DNA of 64,000 nt, taken from positions 1 to 64,000 of the forward strand of contig NW_026782906.1 of NCBI RefSeq assembly GCF_031769215.1. The letters are read 5' to 3'. The notes beneath the pieces were generated by a model, which had not been told where the DNA came from, did not search any database, and saw nothing but the letters and a program-made list of their open reading frames with translations. Within the stretch, counting starts at the first letter, position 1. Each line of letters opens with the position of its first letter. Made by a program: the position numbers and the translations under genes. Positions 1-12,300 of this stretch are shown here, in pieces. The stretch is from Ylistrum balloti. Taxonomy: Eukaryota.

Positions 1-51
1 TGGCTTGGTTATGTGATTCTGTTGTCATAGTTTTGTATTCTGTGTTCGAAG

Positions 52-1191
52 GAGAGTTCAAGATTCGCCCTGACGAAAAGACTGAGGCATCTACCTACAC
101 CGCCAAGAAAGTCGGGATGATTGCAGGCGGAACTGGTATCACTCCAATGTACCAGCTAATAAAGCAGGTGTTCAAGGATCCCAAGGACAAGACTGAGTTG
201 TTTCTGCTCTTTGCCAACCAGGTGAGGGAAAGTCAAACCTATGGCTCCACAAGTCCCCATGTTTATGCTGAATTTCTATAAACTTTGTCGGGTTCTCTGT
301 CATATGCAGCTGTGTACTCTGTCTGTAAAACAATAATTTTTGTTAAGGATTTATTTTTATTGGATTCTTTGGTTCTCTAATTCCATGAATTTATATGTCC
401 ACAAAATATTAAACAGATAAAAGCTGACACAGGGTATGGTGGGTTTTGTGATAAAGGATCAACCACAAGATCAAATGCCAATGAAAATGTATTTTCTTGG
501 TCTGCCCCTACTGAAGTTACAGGAGGACTCCAAGGCCATCGCTGTCAGCATCATCTTGTCAGGGAAATATCTTTAATCTCTTGCTTACAACCTCAATAAT
601 TTTATATCTACTTCCCTGGGTATAAAAGATATTTGCAATGAAATTTAGTCTTATATATAGTTACTGCAACTTTTCCATACAAAGAGGTATGGCTCTGTGC
701 TCATTGGATATCATTGTACAAAAGGAAATCTCATATAGACGTGTTTCGTCAAGATGATTTTTATCACATCATCAAATCTTTTCGTAATCATTGCGGAAAT
801 ATTTTAACCATATCAAATATGAAGTCCCCATTTCAATTTTGACAGCACAATGTATTCTGTTAGTATGTTAGTGTCAAAGGTCATATAACATATGTTCATG
901 AATACAAAAACATTAAATTGGGATAAAGCTCTGAACAACATGAGTCATGTGATATATATTTTTATCTAGCTCCAGCAATGCACAATTTCTTGTCAATATA
1001 CTGTGATTCTTTTAACAGGTTGGACATACAGTAAGGGATTTGTGAGTGCTGACATGATTAGAGACCACCTTCCTGGTCCAGAAGAAGGCACAATGATCCT
1101 CATGTGTGGACCTCCTCCCATGATTAACTTTGCATGTATCCCAAATCTGGAAAATCTTGGCTACCCCCCAGAAATGAGATTTGCATACTAA
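52..1191 (+). CDS. CYB5R3: NADH-cytochrome b5 reductase, 3' exons only (52-221 and 1019-1191); gene begins before the window
   Basis: Exon 52-221 encodes [10 protein letters not shown]...[39 protein letters not shown], followed by GT at 222. Exon 1019-1191 follows an AG and encodes [21 protein letters not shown]...[38 protein letters not shown] and CGPPPM are the NADH-binding motifs of CYB5R. The intervening exon was not found (see findings). Confidence 0.92.
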
Positions 1192-2477
1192 GTGTAAGAT
1201 GATAGCAACCAAGCTGCAGTAGTATGCACTGAAGATGTCTACTCTATGTTAATTTGTTGATTGTTGATACTGGACTTCCATCTGTTCAAGGGAATCATTG
1301 GTTTTTTAACACTATTGACTCCAATTTTCCTTCCTTAGAAAATAGTCCTTTGTGGTAAATTTGCTCTGAAGACTTTGAGTAATTATTTGTAATTTTGGTT
1401 CAAAGTTATTTTTTACGATACTCAGTATGCAAAATGTCTTCCCTGAAATCAGAGTGAAGTTTAAACTAAAGCTGATTTTTTTTATCTTATTGCATGACAC
1501 ACTTTGCGATACAATATGGTATGAATTTCAGGAACAATTTAATACATTTAGTATTTCTGATTAAGTGTCAGATAAAAAGTGTTGGATATCAAGTTACCTT
1601 CTTTCTGTAAAAAAAAAAAAAAAAAGAAGGGAAATGTTGTAGCGAATTAAATGTGATGTCTGTTATTATATGCTACAGTAGAAAAGTGCTATTACATACA
1701 AGAATTGTCCATATCTTTGACTCAAACTTTTTTGTGACAAAAGAAATATATATTGTACAAAGAAAGAAATGCAATGTTCAAGCTTGGAATTTGATGAGAA
1801 AATAAAAACTCAGAGTGATATTTATTATGAGAGTCTGTTATCACTTTTTTTCTACACTTTGGTATTCTGTAATCGTGTTGATGGGATTTTTTTTATAGCT
1901 TTTACATATCAATCATATATACTTCTGGATAAAGCTGAAGGTACTATAATCCTATAGAGACTCATTATGGACCGTCATTTTCATTTTCTTTAAATGTCAA
2001 CAGGAACATGTTATTAGAAATTTCAATAATCAAGGATTTTTTCAATCATAAAATAATAAAATCATATACATCCATATTGATATAGGTTGATTTAATTGAA
2101 TATTTTTTGTACTTTTCTCTGTTCAGTGTGTTTGGCACAAGTACTTCAAAAGTGCATTTCATTTAGATATTTTTTATACTATTAAATAAGTCATTTGTAA
2201 AATGTATAAATACATGTTAGAATGAGGGATGGTATCTTCTATATATAAAGAGTATGTCTCTTTTCTGTGTGTGGATAGAGATGAGAATGAATGCTTAATA
2301 ACAGCCTATACATATTGTACTAGAGTCTATACTTATGAATTAATATGAATAAACATTTGCCTTGCTTTCATATCAGATGTCTTATACTTATTTGTGTCAC
2401 TTTCCAGGACATTCATTTCGTATAAATGAAATTTTTTTTTTTTTTTTTTGTAATTATCTTTTTATTTCCATTTTAAT

Positions 2478-2905
2478 GTACAATACATATCATCATTATC
2501 ATCATCACCACACAATCACCATCCTAATCATCATCATCATCCATCAACATCATCATCATCATCATCACAATTCAATATCATCCTCATCATCATCACACTT
2601 ATCATCACTATAATCATCCTCATCACACCATCATTATGTATCAATCATCATTATCATCACATCACCTCCACTACCACCGCCAACTTCATCATCTCAAATC
2701 AAGATCATTGTCATCATCACCACAACCATCATCACCATCATAATCATCATCATCATCATCATCATTACAAATCAAGATCATCATCACCATTTCATTATTA
2801 TCATGATCCTTATCACCACCACCACCATTATACCCTCATCATCATCACAATCATAATTCTCATTCACTACATCACTACCACACCATTTCACACCTCACAA
2901 AATTC
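2478..2905. repeat. Degenerate (CAT)n/(CAC)n trinucleotide microsatellite
   Basis: Long run of catcat/caccat/cataat units between the converging CYB5R and REXO2 3' ends. Boundaries approximate. Confidence 0.9.
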
Positions 2906-5290
2906 AGTAATCTTAACAGCATACATCAACTCCAGGGAGCAGTAACCAAAGATTTCAAGAGATGGTGTATTTAATATCAGAAATGCTGATTAAAAAAAAA
3001 AAAGACACAGATGCTAACAAATTTTTCAGATATGTATTGCACATAATTTACTGGACAGAAAAAAACAGTGAGAAATAGGAAAAGCATTTAAGAAAAAAGA
3101 TGAAAGAAATGGATGGAAGACTGAGAGGATAAGAATGGCCTTGTCAAGGGTTTGGAAACATCCTACTTTCGTATAAATATATATTATATATTTGAGGTAG
3201 AATTTATCAAAATCCGACTACATGTCAATTAACCTTTTCCATTTACTCCATTCTACATCAAACTTCTCCTTAACAGTATCGCCCTTACTAACAGCAATAT
3301 ATTTTTGGACTTTGTAATTGTCTTTAATGGAGTTTACCAATGAGTTTATATGCAAAGAATTAAGCAGAATAAATGCGTATAAATGAAATATTAATGCTTG
3401 ATCATTGTCAAAAGAGAGAGTAGTCAAGTTCATGAATATTCATTGTATATGAATATGAAGAGAGAGGTCAAGTTCATGAATATCTAGGGTATAAATCTAT
3501 GAAAAGAAGATAAGTTATTTAGTATGAAAAGAGAAGCCAAGTTCATGACATTTTTTTATGGTGCCAGGCATATTTATAATGAAAAAAGAGGTTAGGTTGA
3601 TGAAAATTAATGGTATATATATATAGGGATTGGTCAAAAAAATATTCACAACTATTGATTATTTAAAAGAAGTCAGATTTTCATGAATATGAAACCAGGG
3701 GTATAATTTTAATGTATGTAAATGCAATAGGTCCCTATAGCTAGTATTACATATCAGCTTAATGTAATGACTTCAGAAGTTTTTGTCACCAACATGCCAA
3801 GGGACAGAGCTATACTGATGACCAAAAACAGGATTTTCCTGCCACTTCACAACCTATAGGGATAATTTTGGACTCGAGCTAAGGGGCCTTTGGCCACTCA
3901 AAAATGAAATTTATTTATATATACATATTTCTTTATTTTTATCAATTCACCAGAAATACCCTTCTTAATTCAAATAATGATTAAAATTTGCTGAAAATGG
4001 ATCGTTACTCTTGGCTTCTAGGATTTTTCTTACTATTCCATTTCTTTTCTCAATACACAACAATGGTGAAGTGGGTTGACGCTTTGACTGTTCTTTTGAC
4101 CAAAAGTTTCCAGGGATCCGGCAGTTTGATCTACAAACTGTATATAGGTGGTTGTAAAAATGTGACAATTCACAAGTGATAAAATAATGTTTAAGGAATG
4201 GTATGCAGCACAATTCCTTTGAAATATATAAATGCATCTTGGAGAATCATATATTGCTTAAAAGGTTGCTAAAAGCCCTTGGCAGACCCATCAGTATAAA
4301 AATATGCAGGTAAAACCATACACAATGTACAGAGAAAGTTTATTTCTATCATAGTTCTCTATACCATACTCACAATAAACAAACGAAGTTTTCCTTACAG
4401 TACCCTTAATTTATTCTCATAAATGATTTTTCATAGTAGAAAGTCAATAAGCAAACAACTTTAAACATAGATGGTTTTATTGATTAACAGGTTTTGGAAT
4501 TCTGACCATATCAATGAAACATTAAATTTGTCCTCTGTACCTGTAAGGGAGCATTTCTGTCTTTACATTATCTACACTCTCTCAGCTTATCATTATACCT
4601 TCTATATTCTACTGCCAAAGTTTGGATACATATGTACAAATTCATTTAGTAAGGTAAAATTGTAAGTTTTCCAGATCAATACACAAAAATATTAGCCAGA
4701 CAGGCATATAGGGGTAAATAAAAGTCGATCATTTGGAACAGACATAAATAATTTTGCAGTACAGTTTACTAAATTACATAAATAAAATACCCCTCAATCT
4801 GTAGGGTCAGTCAATTCCCCTTCATGTATTAGTATGTACAGGTGTCATTAAAGCAAACACCCCCATCAGCAGGATAGGGAACAGATTCCAATATATTATT
4901 CAAACAATTTGCAATATTTCATCAGAAAGATTGTAGAATGGTTCTTCTTCATCTGTTACTGTTGATTCCAGGCCAGATCTTTGTAAGTGACAGTGATTTC
5001 TGAGACTCAAATTTTGGAGTCCTGGCCTCGTGCTTTCTCTGTGTAATTCGTTCACATTCCGAGAATTTTTTTGTTTTATAACTGGACACACCAAAATTTT
5101 GGAAATGGTGCTATAGATATATTCACAGATTGTAAACCTATCAAATTTCTGAGTGATCATACAGAAAATTCAATTCCATCCAGTGTTTTAATTGCACATA
5201 TTGAACTTTCCAGTAGAATTCATTTGAGTTTCCTTTCATAAACTGAAGTGTGTAAGTACTGCTACCCTCAAACCAAGGCACATTTCCCCT

Positions 5291-5835
5291 TCATTTGAAT
5301 ATTGATGACTTGTAAAACCGTAACTCTTCTATACTTTCTTTAATATCGTCCAGAGCTCGGTGAGATAATTTTTTCGTGGGTGCTTTTTGAATTCTTCAGG
5401 ATACCATCTACGACAGAGTTCTTTGACGGTGCTGACATCCACAATTCGGTAATGGAGATGGGCCATAAACTGCGGCATATATTTATCCAGGAAGACTTTG
5501 TCAGCATGTACGGAGTTACCCGAAAGTATTGCACAGTTAGGAAGGGTGTGTTGTTGTATAAATTTTAACATTTCCTGTTCTGCTGATGCTAATGAAATGT
5601 TACTCTTCTTTACAGCCTCCGTGAGACCAGACTGTCCGTGATGATTTTTACACCAATCCCCCATGCCATCCAACACACTATCGGGTTGATTTATGATGAG
5701 ATTTGGCCCTTCTGCTACAACATCTAAGCCGCCATTTGTGATCAAGCAAGCCATTTCTAAGATGTGATCTTTGCTTATGTCCAGCCCAGACATCTCTAAG
5801 TCAACCCATACTAAACGTTCTGTTTTGTTGTCCAT
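5291..5835 (-). CDS. REXO2: Oligoribonuclease (DEDDh 3'-5' exonuclease), single exon, frameshifted as assembled
   Basis: ORF 5835-5329 encodes [13 protein letters not shown]...EMACLIT...GPNLII...[18 protein letters not shown]...[23 protein letters not shown]. The canonical C-terminus [24 protein letters not shown] lies in another frame after a 6-A run (T 5369-5374 on +), with its stop at 5293-5291. Confidence 0.9.
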
Positions 5836-5879
5836 CCTGTCTGTGAGTTTAGTAGGTGCTTGTTTAAATTTGGAGCCCT

Positions 5880-5980
5880 TTCAAACGTCTTAGTGACGTT
5901 GTCAGTGTAATGGCTATTTCCGATAAAATTTTGGCGGCGTGATGGTGCCATACGGCTCGAGGCTTAGCGCGAACAAAATT
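5880..5980 (-). promoter_or_regulatory. CpG-rich putative promoter/5' region of REXO2
   Basis: Local CpG cluster (tcgcgctaagcctcgagccg...acgccgccaaaa on -) in AT-rich DNA just upstream of the ATG. Inference only. Confidence 0.4.
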
Positions 5981-8699
5981 TTTTCCTTCTTCTTTTCTTC
6001 ATTTTTTCCCCAAATGAATATTTTTTTCTTAATTCACAGTGTTTATATATCAAACGATATACAGTAAGATCTACGGGAAAATATCATATTTGGGTCGTAC
6101 AGTTTATTTTAAAGTGTATTTCATTTTCTTCACAGATATAGATTCATCATTACGATTAAACGTATTTACAATTATGCCTTTCATTGTTGAAGAGACAGAT
6201 ATGTGAATAAGGCTCTCTCTTACTGGAAAATTTAGAACATTCTACGATGATCATTGAACCCCTTTGGATTGAGAAGTAGGTGAGCATATCAAATTCTAGG
6301 CTATCTGAAAGTTGTTGGTCTATATTGTATGATTTACCATTTAATCTTTTGTGATAATTTAACCATTTATGATTTTTAGAGTTTGTTTTATTTTATTTTA
6401 TTTTGGATTATTGTGTCTTTCACCGGATGACCTTTTATGTGTTGACGGGCCGTTAAGATGATAATAATAATATTTAAAGACACAATGGTGACACAAGATC
6501 ATATCTGCTGGATTTGTACCCTTAGAAACATTGTAGTAAAAGCTCTTCTTAAAATACATTATGTTAATTGTTGCCCTTCTAAATGGACATCCATGAATTG
6601 TTAGATTTGATCATATGGGCCTTAAGAATTTTTTTTTTATAATTTAAATCTCAAAATTGAATAGGAACTAGGAACCATGGGGAAGATAAATATTAAGTTT
6701 GAGAAATATTCCACCAGTGCTACTTAACACATAGAGATCAACTGTAAAACAATATTATACTTGTTTACTACACATGTAAGCGGCATATTGTGTAATGTTT
6801 GTGAATTAAGGGGGCCCTCAAAAGGGCTGGTCATTGAAAAAATTCATTTAAATTATGTAAGAGACTACTTAAACTAAGTAAATCTACATGTGACATCTTG
6901 ATATATTTTGAACTTGGTCATTTACCATTTTATTGTATCTACAAAATACAGAATTAACAGGTATTGGTAAAAATTACGAGATTCTGTAAACAGTTTTTTG
7001 AATTGTGCATAAAAAAAGAGCATGGGAACCTGTTTTAACTACCTGTAGATAGGTGCATTATGTGAAAAATCAAGTGACTGGTATAGAATTTGGTAATATA
7101 TGGTAATGCCAATTAACTTTAAATTTGAAGTTAAACTAAGAATTTTTCACAAAGAACAACAAAACTCCAGATGTTTAATGGAGTCCTCATCAAGATTTTA
7201 TTTATACAAGCATATTGTAGATAACTTTTCTATACAGCATTATTTGACAAAATATACACAGAAGAATTTTAATAATTAATTCAACATGATTGCATCTGTC
7301 TTCACATTCCTTACAATAGAAACAGGCCAGTACCATACTGTCAATTGAGCTCAGAGATACTGTACAACTTGTAAATCAACTACTGAAGTAATTTTATTTT
7401 GACATGTGATACTTACAAAGATTTAAGACAATGTTTCATAAAAAGGTATGTACTATTAGAGAAATCTGTTTATGTTTAAATTTGTGTGAAAAATACCAAG
7501 GATTTGTGTCAAATACATGCAAGTAAACCTATTTTTTGAGTCAAAGAAGTTAAGAAATTGAGATCTTAATCCATTCTTCACTTTCTTTTCTTGTTTCTAG
7601 TATTTCATATATACATATTGTACCTTGTTTTTAATGTACACCTGTTATACTCATGGACTGTTTGGACAAAAGTTCATGAATGAATGATTTTTGTTTATGG
7701 ACAGACTGTTGACTGCCAATGAACATTGATGAAAGGTGATTTGCCCATCATGTGATAAATATCAACTTTATTCATTTTACAACAATTGGGAAACAAGCTA
7801 TCAGCTTATATTAATCATTCCGTTTAGCCAAGAAACTGCAGTAACTGGGAAAGCCCATGTGGTCAGGCAGGTGATTCCCATACATTTTCATGTCCACTCA
7901 GAGAATCAAACCCTGGACATCTGAATGCATTATACCACTACACAATCAGACCACCCTCATCTGATGTTGGTGGGCTAAATAACAGTGACCACCAGTCGAT
8001 CAAAGGCTTCCACTTATGGGAGGTAAAATGTGCATGCTGAATTTGTAAAAGCCCATGTCTATGCTGACATTGTAATATTGCCATATCAAATGCTCGACCA
8101 AAATGTCCACTGTCTATAGAGGTCAAATTATTCCCCAAGATTTTCCAAGCACTGCATTTTAGTAAAATGTATATTAGCAAGCTACAATGGTCTTATAGAT
8201 ATACTGCATAACAGGAATTTTACGTCCCTGTTTAATTTTCACCCTTTTTCACCTATGAACAGGGAGTGTGAATTTAAGATGAGGCAAAAATTTATTACAC
8301 TTATGTAACCCTGTTATGTAATCCTCTGAGAAAGAAACGACCATGGTGAGAATTTGTGTGTTATGGTACAATGTAGAAAATAACCTGGTGGGGTGAAAAT
8401 ATCCCGGTATTCAGTTGTTTTTCATTTTTCAGCTTTGTTTACATCTGATTACTCGGTTTTATGTTAACTGTGTGGTATTATGATACAGAAGTTGATCTGT
8501 TGACAATGTTCTTCTTGTTGTGTTGTCATGTAAACACAATATTCTCAGGAGTAGGAGAGAATTATACATTCTGTATTTGATTTATTACATGTAATATATA
8601 TATATGTATAATGGTGTGTCTGCTGGGTTCATCATCTCCTGAACTGCAAGAGTAATTTTTGGGCAGATTCTCCTTGCTGTTGATAGTGGATACCTCACT

Positions 8700-8800
8700 G
8701 AAAAACATAAGGGAGGCCCATTATTTGCTATCTAGAGCAAATGGGGTTTTAAAGTGTGTCTTGCCCAAGGACACAACCCAGGTCAGGACCGAGTAACACA
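8700..8800 (+). mobile_element. CORE-type SINE remnant
   Basis: Contains aagtgtgtcttgcccaaggacacaac, resembling the conserved CORE-SINE central motif. Confidence 0.5.
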
Positions 8801-9311
8801 AATAACATGCGTAGGCAGCATTGTACCATGCACCTCTGCTCTTCACCTGAGGTTACATATGTAAATAGGGAAGACAGAAAGGCAATGAATTAATCCTTAT
8901 CCTCGGCCGTATCTACACTGTAGCTCTGTCAGCAATAAAGAATAACTTTAAGTTCGTGCATTTTGTGGGGTCTTTTTATACTATAATTATTCTTTTATGC
9001 ATAAAAAAAATAATAGCATAATCTATACTATCAACATAATGATGACTACTTATCACAGAAGTTTTAAAAAATCCAATGTTGAAGATATTCAGTTTCGTTT
9101 CACTGCTTCGATCACTGGATTAATGCTCTTTGTTTATGAATAAAGCAATAACACCATGGACATTTTAGACAAGGAGAAGCTACAGCCTTCTGATACATGG
9201 AATAACTTCATGGTTCCAACACACAGAAATAATTTCAGAGTGTTGTTACAAAGAATAACTCCAGTGTTCACATTCAGGGAATGTCTTCAGGGTCTGACAC
9301 AGGGAACAATT

Positions 9312-12300
9312 TCAGGGTTCCGATTCATGTTTAGCCAGAGCTTCTGGCACAATGGTTCCTGCTGGTCCTTGGAAATGAAACCTGAAACAAAAGCATGGTT
9401 ATGAACTTGGCCTGTAGTCTAAACACACATCTTGAAGTCACTAGACATCAGTAGACATTGTCAGTACTTTATATACACTCTACTTTAACAGAATTTCGGC
9501 TTAATAAGATATCTGATTTTGTGAAGGTGCATCTTCATCTGATAATAAAGATTAAAAAAGTTTTAAAAAAAGACTACAGAAGCTTTTATATCTTAATATC
9601 TGGATATTTTCAAACAATTGTAAAGAAATATTCTGACTAAAACAATGATTAAACTTTATACAACAATTAATTTCTGCATAATGGATGTTCCGTGAGCTCA
9701 AGTATGGACTTTGTCAACAAATAAACAAATAATAACTTATATGACGAATGAAGCTATTTATAATCTCTAAAATTCTTTACACTTCATAAAGGCATGATGA
9801 TACTAACTGATCTGTTGAATAGAATGCCATTGCATTAGCATAAGATGCTTTACTGGTGATCAGTTTGCTCTTTCCTTGAAAGCAGGTCAAGGTCAATAGA
9901 AGATGAAACATTATAGGTCTCTACCCAAGGTAGCTACTTGTCAAATATAATCTGCCTCAGATTTTAATGAGCATTTATCCATAAAAGAAGCAGTATTCTT
10001 GCATGGGCTTTTTTCACAGGTTTGGGATGTGGCATTTTTGCCTCATTTTTGAAAGAAAATTGGTGAATTTGGAAGTGAACTTCGAAGAACAAATAGCAAA
10101 CTTTGGGAATTTAGCCTAAATATAATTTCAGTTGGGAATAGGGCCCCCAGAAAAAGTCTTGTCAAACAATATAATCTTCCATGAATGTTAGATACTGAAG
10201 ATCCTTTGAACACAAACATACTGATGTAGTGATCTCAATATGAAAGTATACTGACCCTAGACTTGTTGTGACATCAGTTTCCTCCATATTTATTTCAGCC
10301 ACAGGAACACCACGGCTAGCTACTTCTGGAGCAAACATGGCCGCTGGGTAAACAACTGATGAGGTTCCCACCTGTTAAACAATGTGTAACAAGAAGGAGT
10401 AATGGGATATACCTTTCACCTGCTGGGATTTAAAAAGCATCATTTCGTTCTCTACCTGGACACTCTACCAACTAACTAAAAGAAATTCCCACCAGTTAAC
10501 ACTAGTAAGGTGACCTGTATTATCTGTTTCTACACTGCTCCATCCCCCAAAAAGACTTCAACCCCGAAGACAGCAACAACCCAAGTTCAATATACCAGGA
10601 CTGTTGGGTCCCTAATAAAGTAGCTAATATACTTACCAACAAAGATAGCATTGTCAGAAAATTGTTCCACCTTCAGTTCTAGATATTTTCTATTTTTCTT
10701 TTCTGTTTGTTTATATTACTTAATTATATTCTTTATTCATTTGTTTACTTATTCAATTCAATACAACAGACCTGAGAGTCCAATCAAACAATTTGCTGTT
10801 TTATTGTGTTTATTGCCCCACAACAGCCAGGGTCATTTGAGGGCGGTTTTTTAACCTTAGGTTATGTACACCAATGCTTTTACTGCCTGAGCTATCAGGG
10901 CTCCATGCAGAAAACAAGGTTAGAGCATAACATAAGCATAAATAACTAAAACATTGATAGGTCATCAAGGGCCTCACTGTGTGGCTGAAAATCTGTCCCC
11001 TACCTACACATCCACCCTTAGACACACACACACCCCAGACTGACAGATTAAGTACACTCTGCCATAAAAGTTAGTCAAGAAAGACTGTTACAGAAAAAAA
11101 TACTAACAAATACATTTGATCTTATTTTTCAAAATTATAATAACTGTGACCTTTGATCTCAGGACTTGAGATATAAAAATCAATATCCTAAGCAAGCACT
11201 TTTGGTACAGAAGAATTGTATGAAGTTTATTTATATTGGGCAAAGCTAACTCTAGTTATCACACAGAAACTGATTAAAACTAACAGTTACAATAACCTTT
11301 GTCCTTTGGACCTGAGTGGCAATTTATCTCAAACAAGCACATTTGGTTTATGAAGCATTGCATCAAGTTTGAGATAGATTGACTACAGCAAACTTGAGCT
11401 GTTCCATGAAATGGATTTTCCTTTACAGCAACAATAACCTCAACCTTTGACTTCTGGGTCTGAAAAGTATTCCCTGGCAAGCACTTTCAGTAAGAAAGCA
11501 TTGTATTGAGTATGAGTTTGACTACCCCAAAGGAACCCAAGTTATATCACATAAACCAATTTTCTTCTTAGAGTAACAAGTATCGGGACCATTGATCCTG
11601 AGAAACTGAAAAGCAATCCAAAACAAGCTATTTTTGTAAGGAAGCATTGTATCAGGTTTGAGTTTGATCATTGCAGGAAACTGACTTTTCTATTTATAGT
11701 AACAATGACCTTGACCTTTGATCTTTGAAAATATAATGCAATCCAAAGCAAACACTTTCAGTCAGGAAGTACTGTCTGAAGCTTGGGTTAGACTGGTCAA
11801 AGCAAACTCTGTTTCTCGCAAGGAAACTGATTTTCTATTTATAGTAAGTGACCTTGACCCTTAACCTTGGGAGATAAAAAGCTACACAACAAAGCAAGCA
11901 CTTCTTTCAAGGAGGCTTGGCATAAAGTATGATTGCCATTGGCACAACAGAATTAGAGATACTGTACAGAAACAAAAAAAAACTGGACAGACAGACAGAT
12001 GGACAAGCTGATCACTATAGGGCACCTAATCTCGATTAGGAGCTCTAGTAATCAATAGGCAAAGACTAGAATATGAAATACATACAAATGTAAAATAGAA
12101 TCAGTGTCATAAATATAATCTGTACATCAATCATTCAATCAGGACTTGAAAAATGAAATTCTATTTCTGAAAATTAAACATATATATTTCTGACCGAAAA
12201 AAAAATCCAAAAAGTGAAACATAGGACTGTTTGATTTTCAGATTCACTAAAGTTGTACCTTATATGTACTTACCACCAAACAAAGATCACATTCTCCAAG

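Noticed and set aside
707-730. DIIVQKEI peptide resembling the missing CYB5R exon (DILLRxEL)
   Set aside because: No acceptor in phase, no downstream WYTLD motif, and a stop follows shortly.
2362-2613. His-rich ORF
   Set aside because: Translation of a (CAT)n microsatellite; TTG start and no gene structure.
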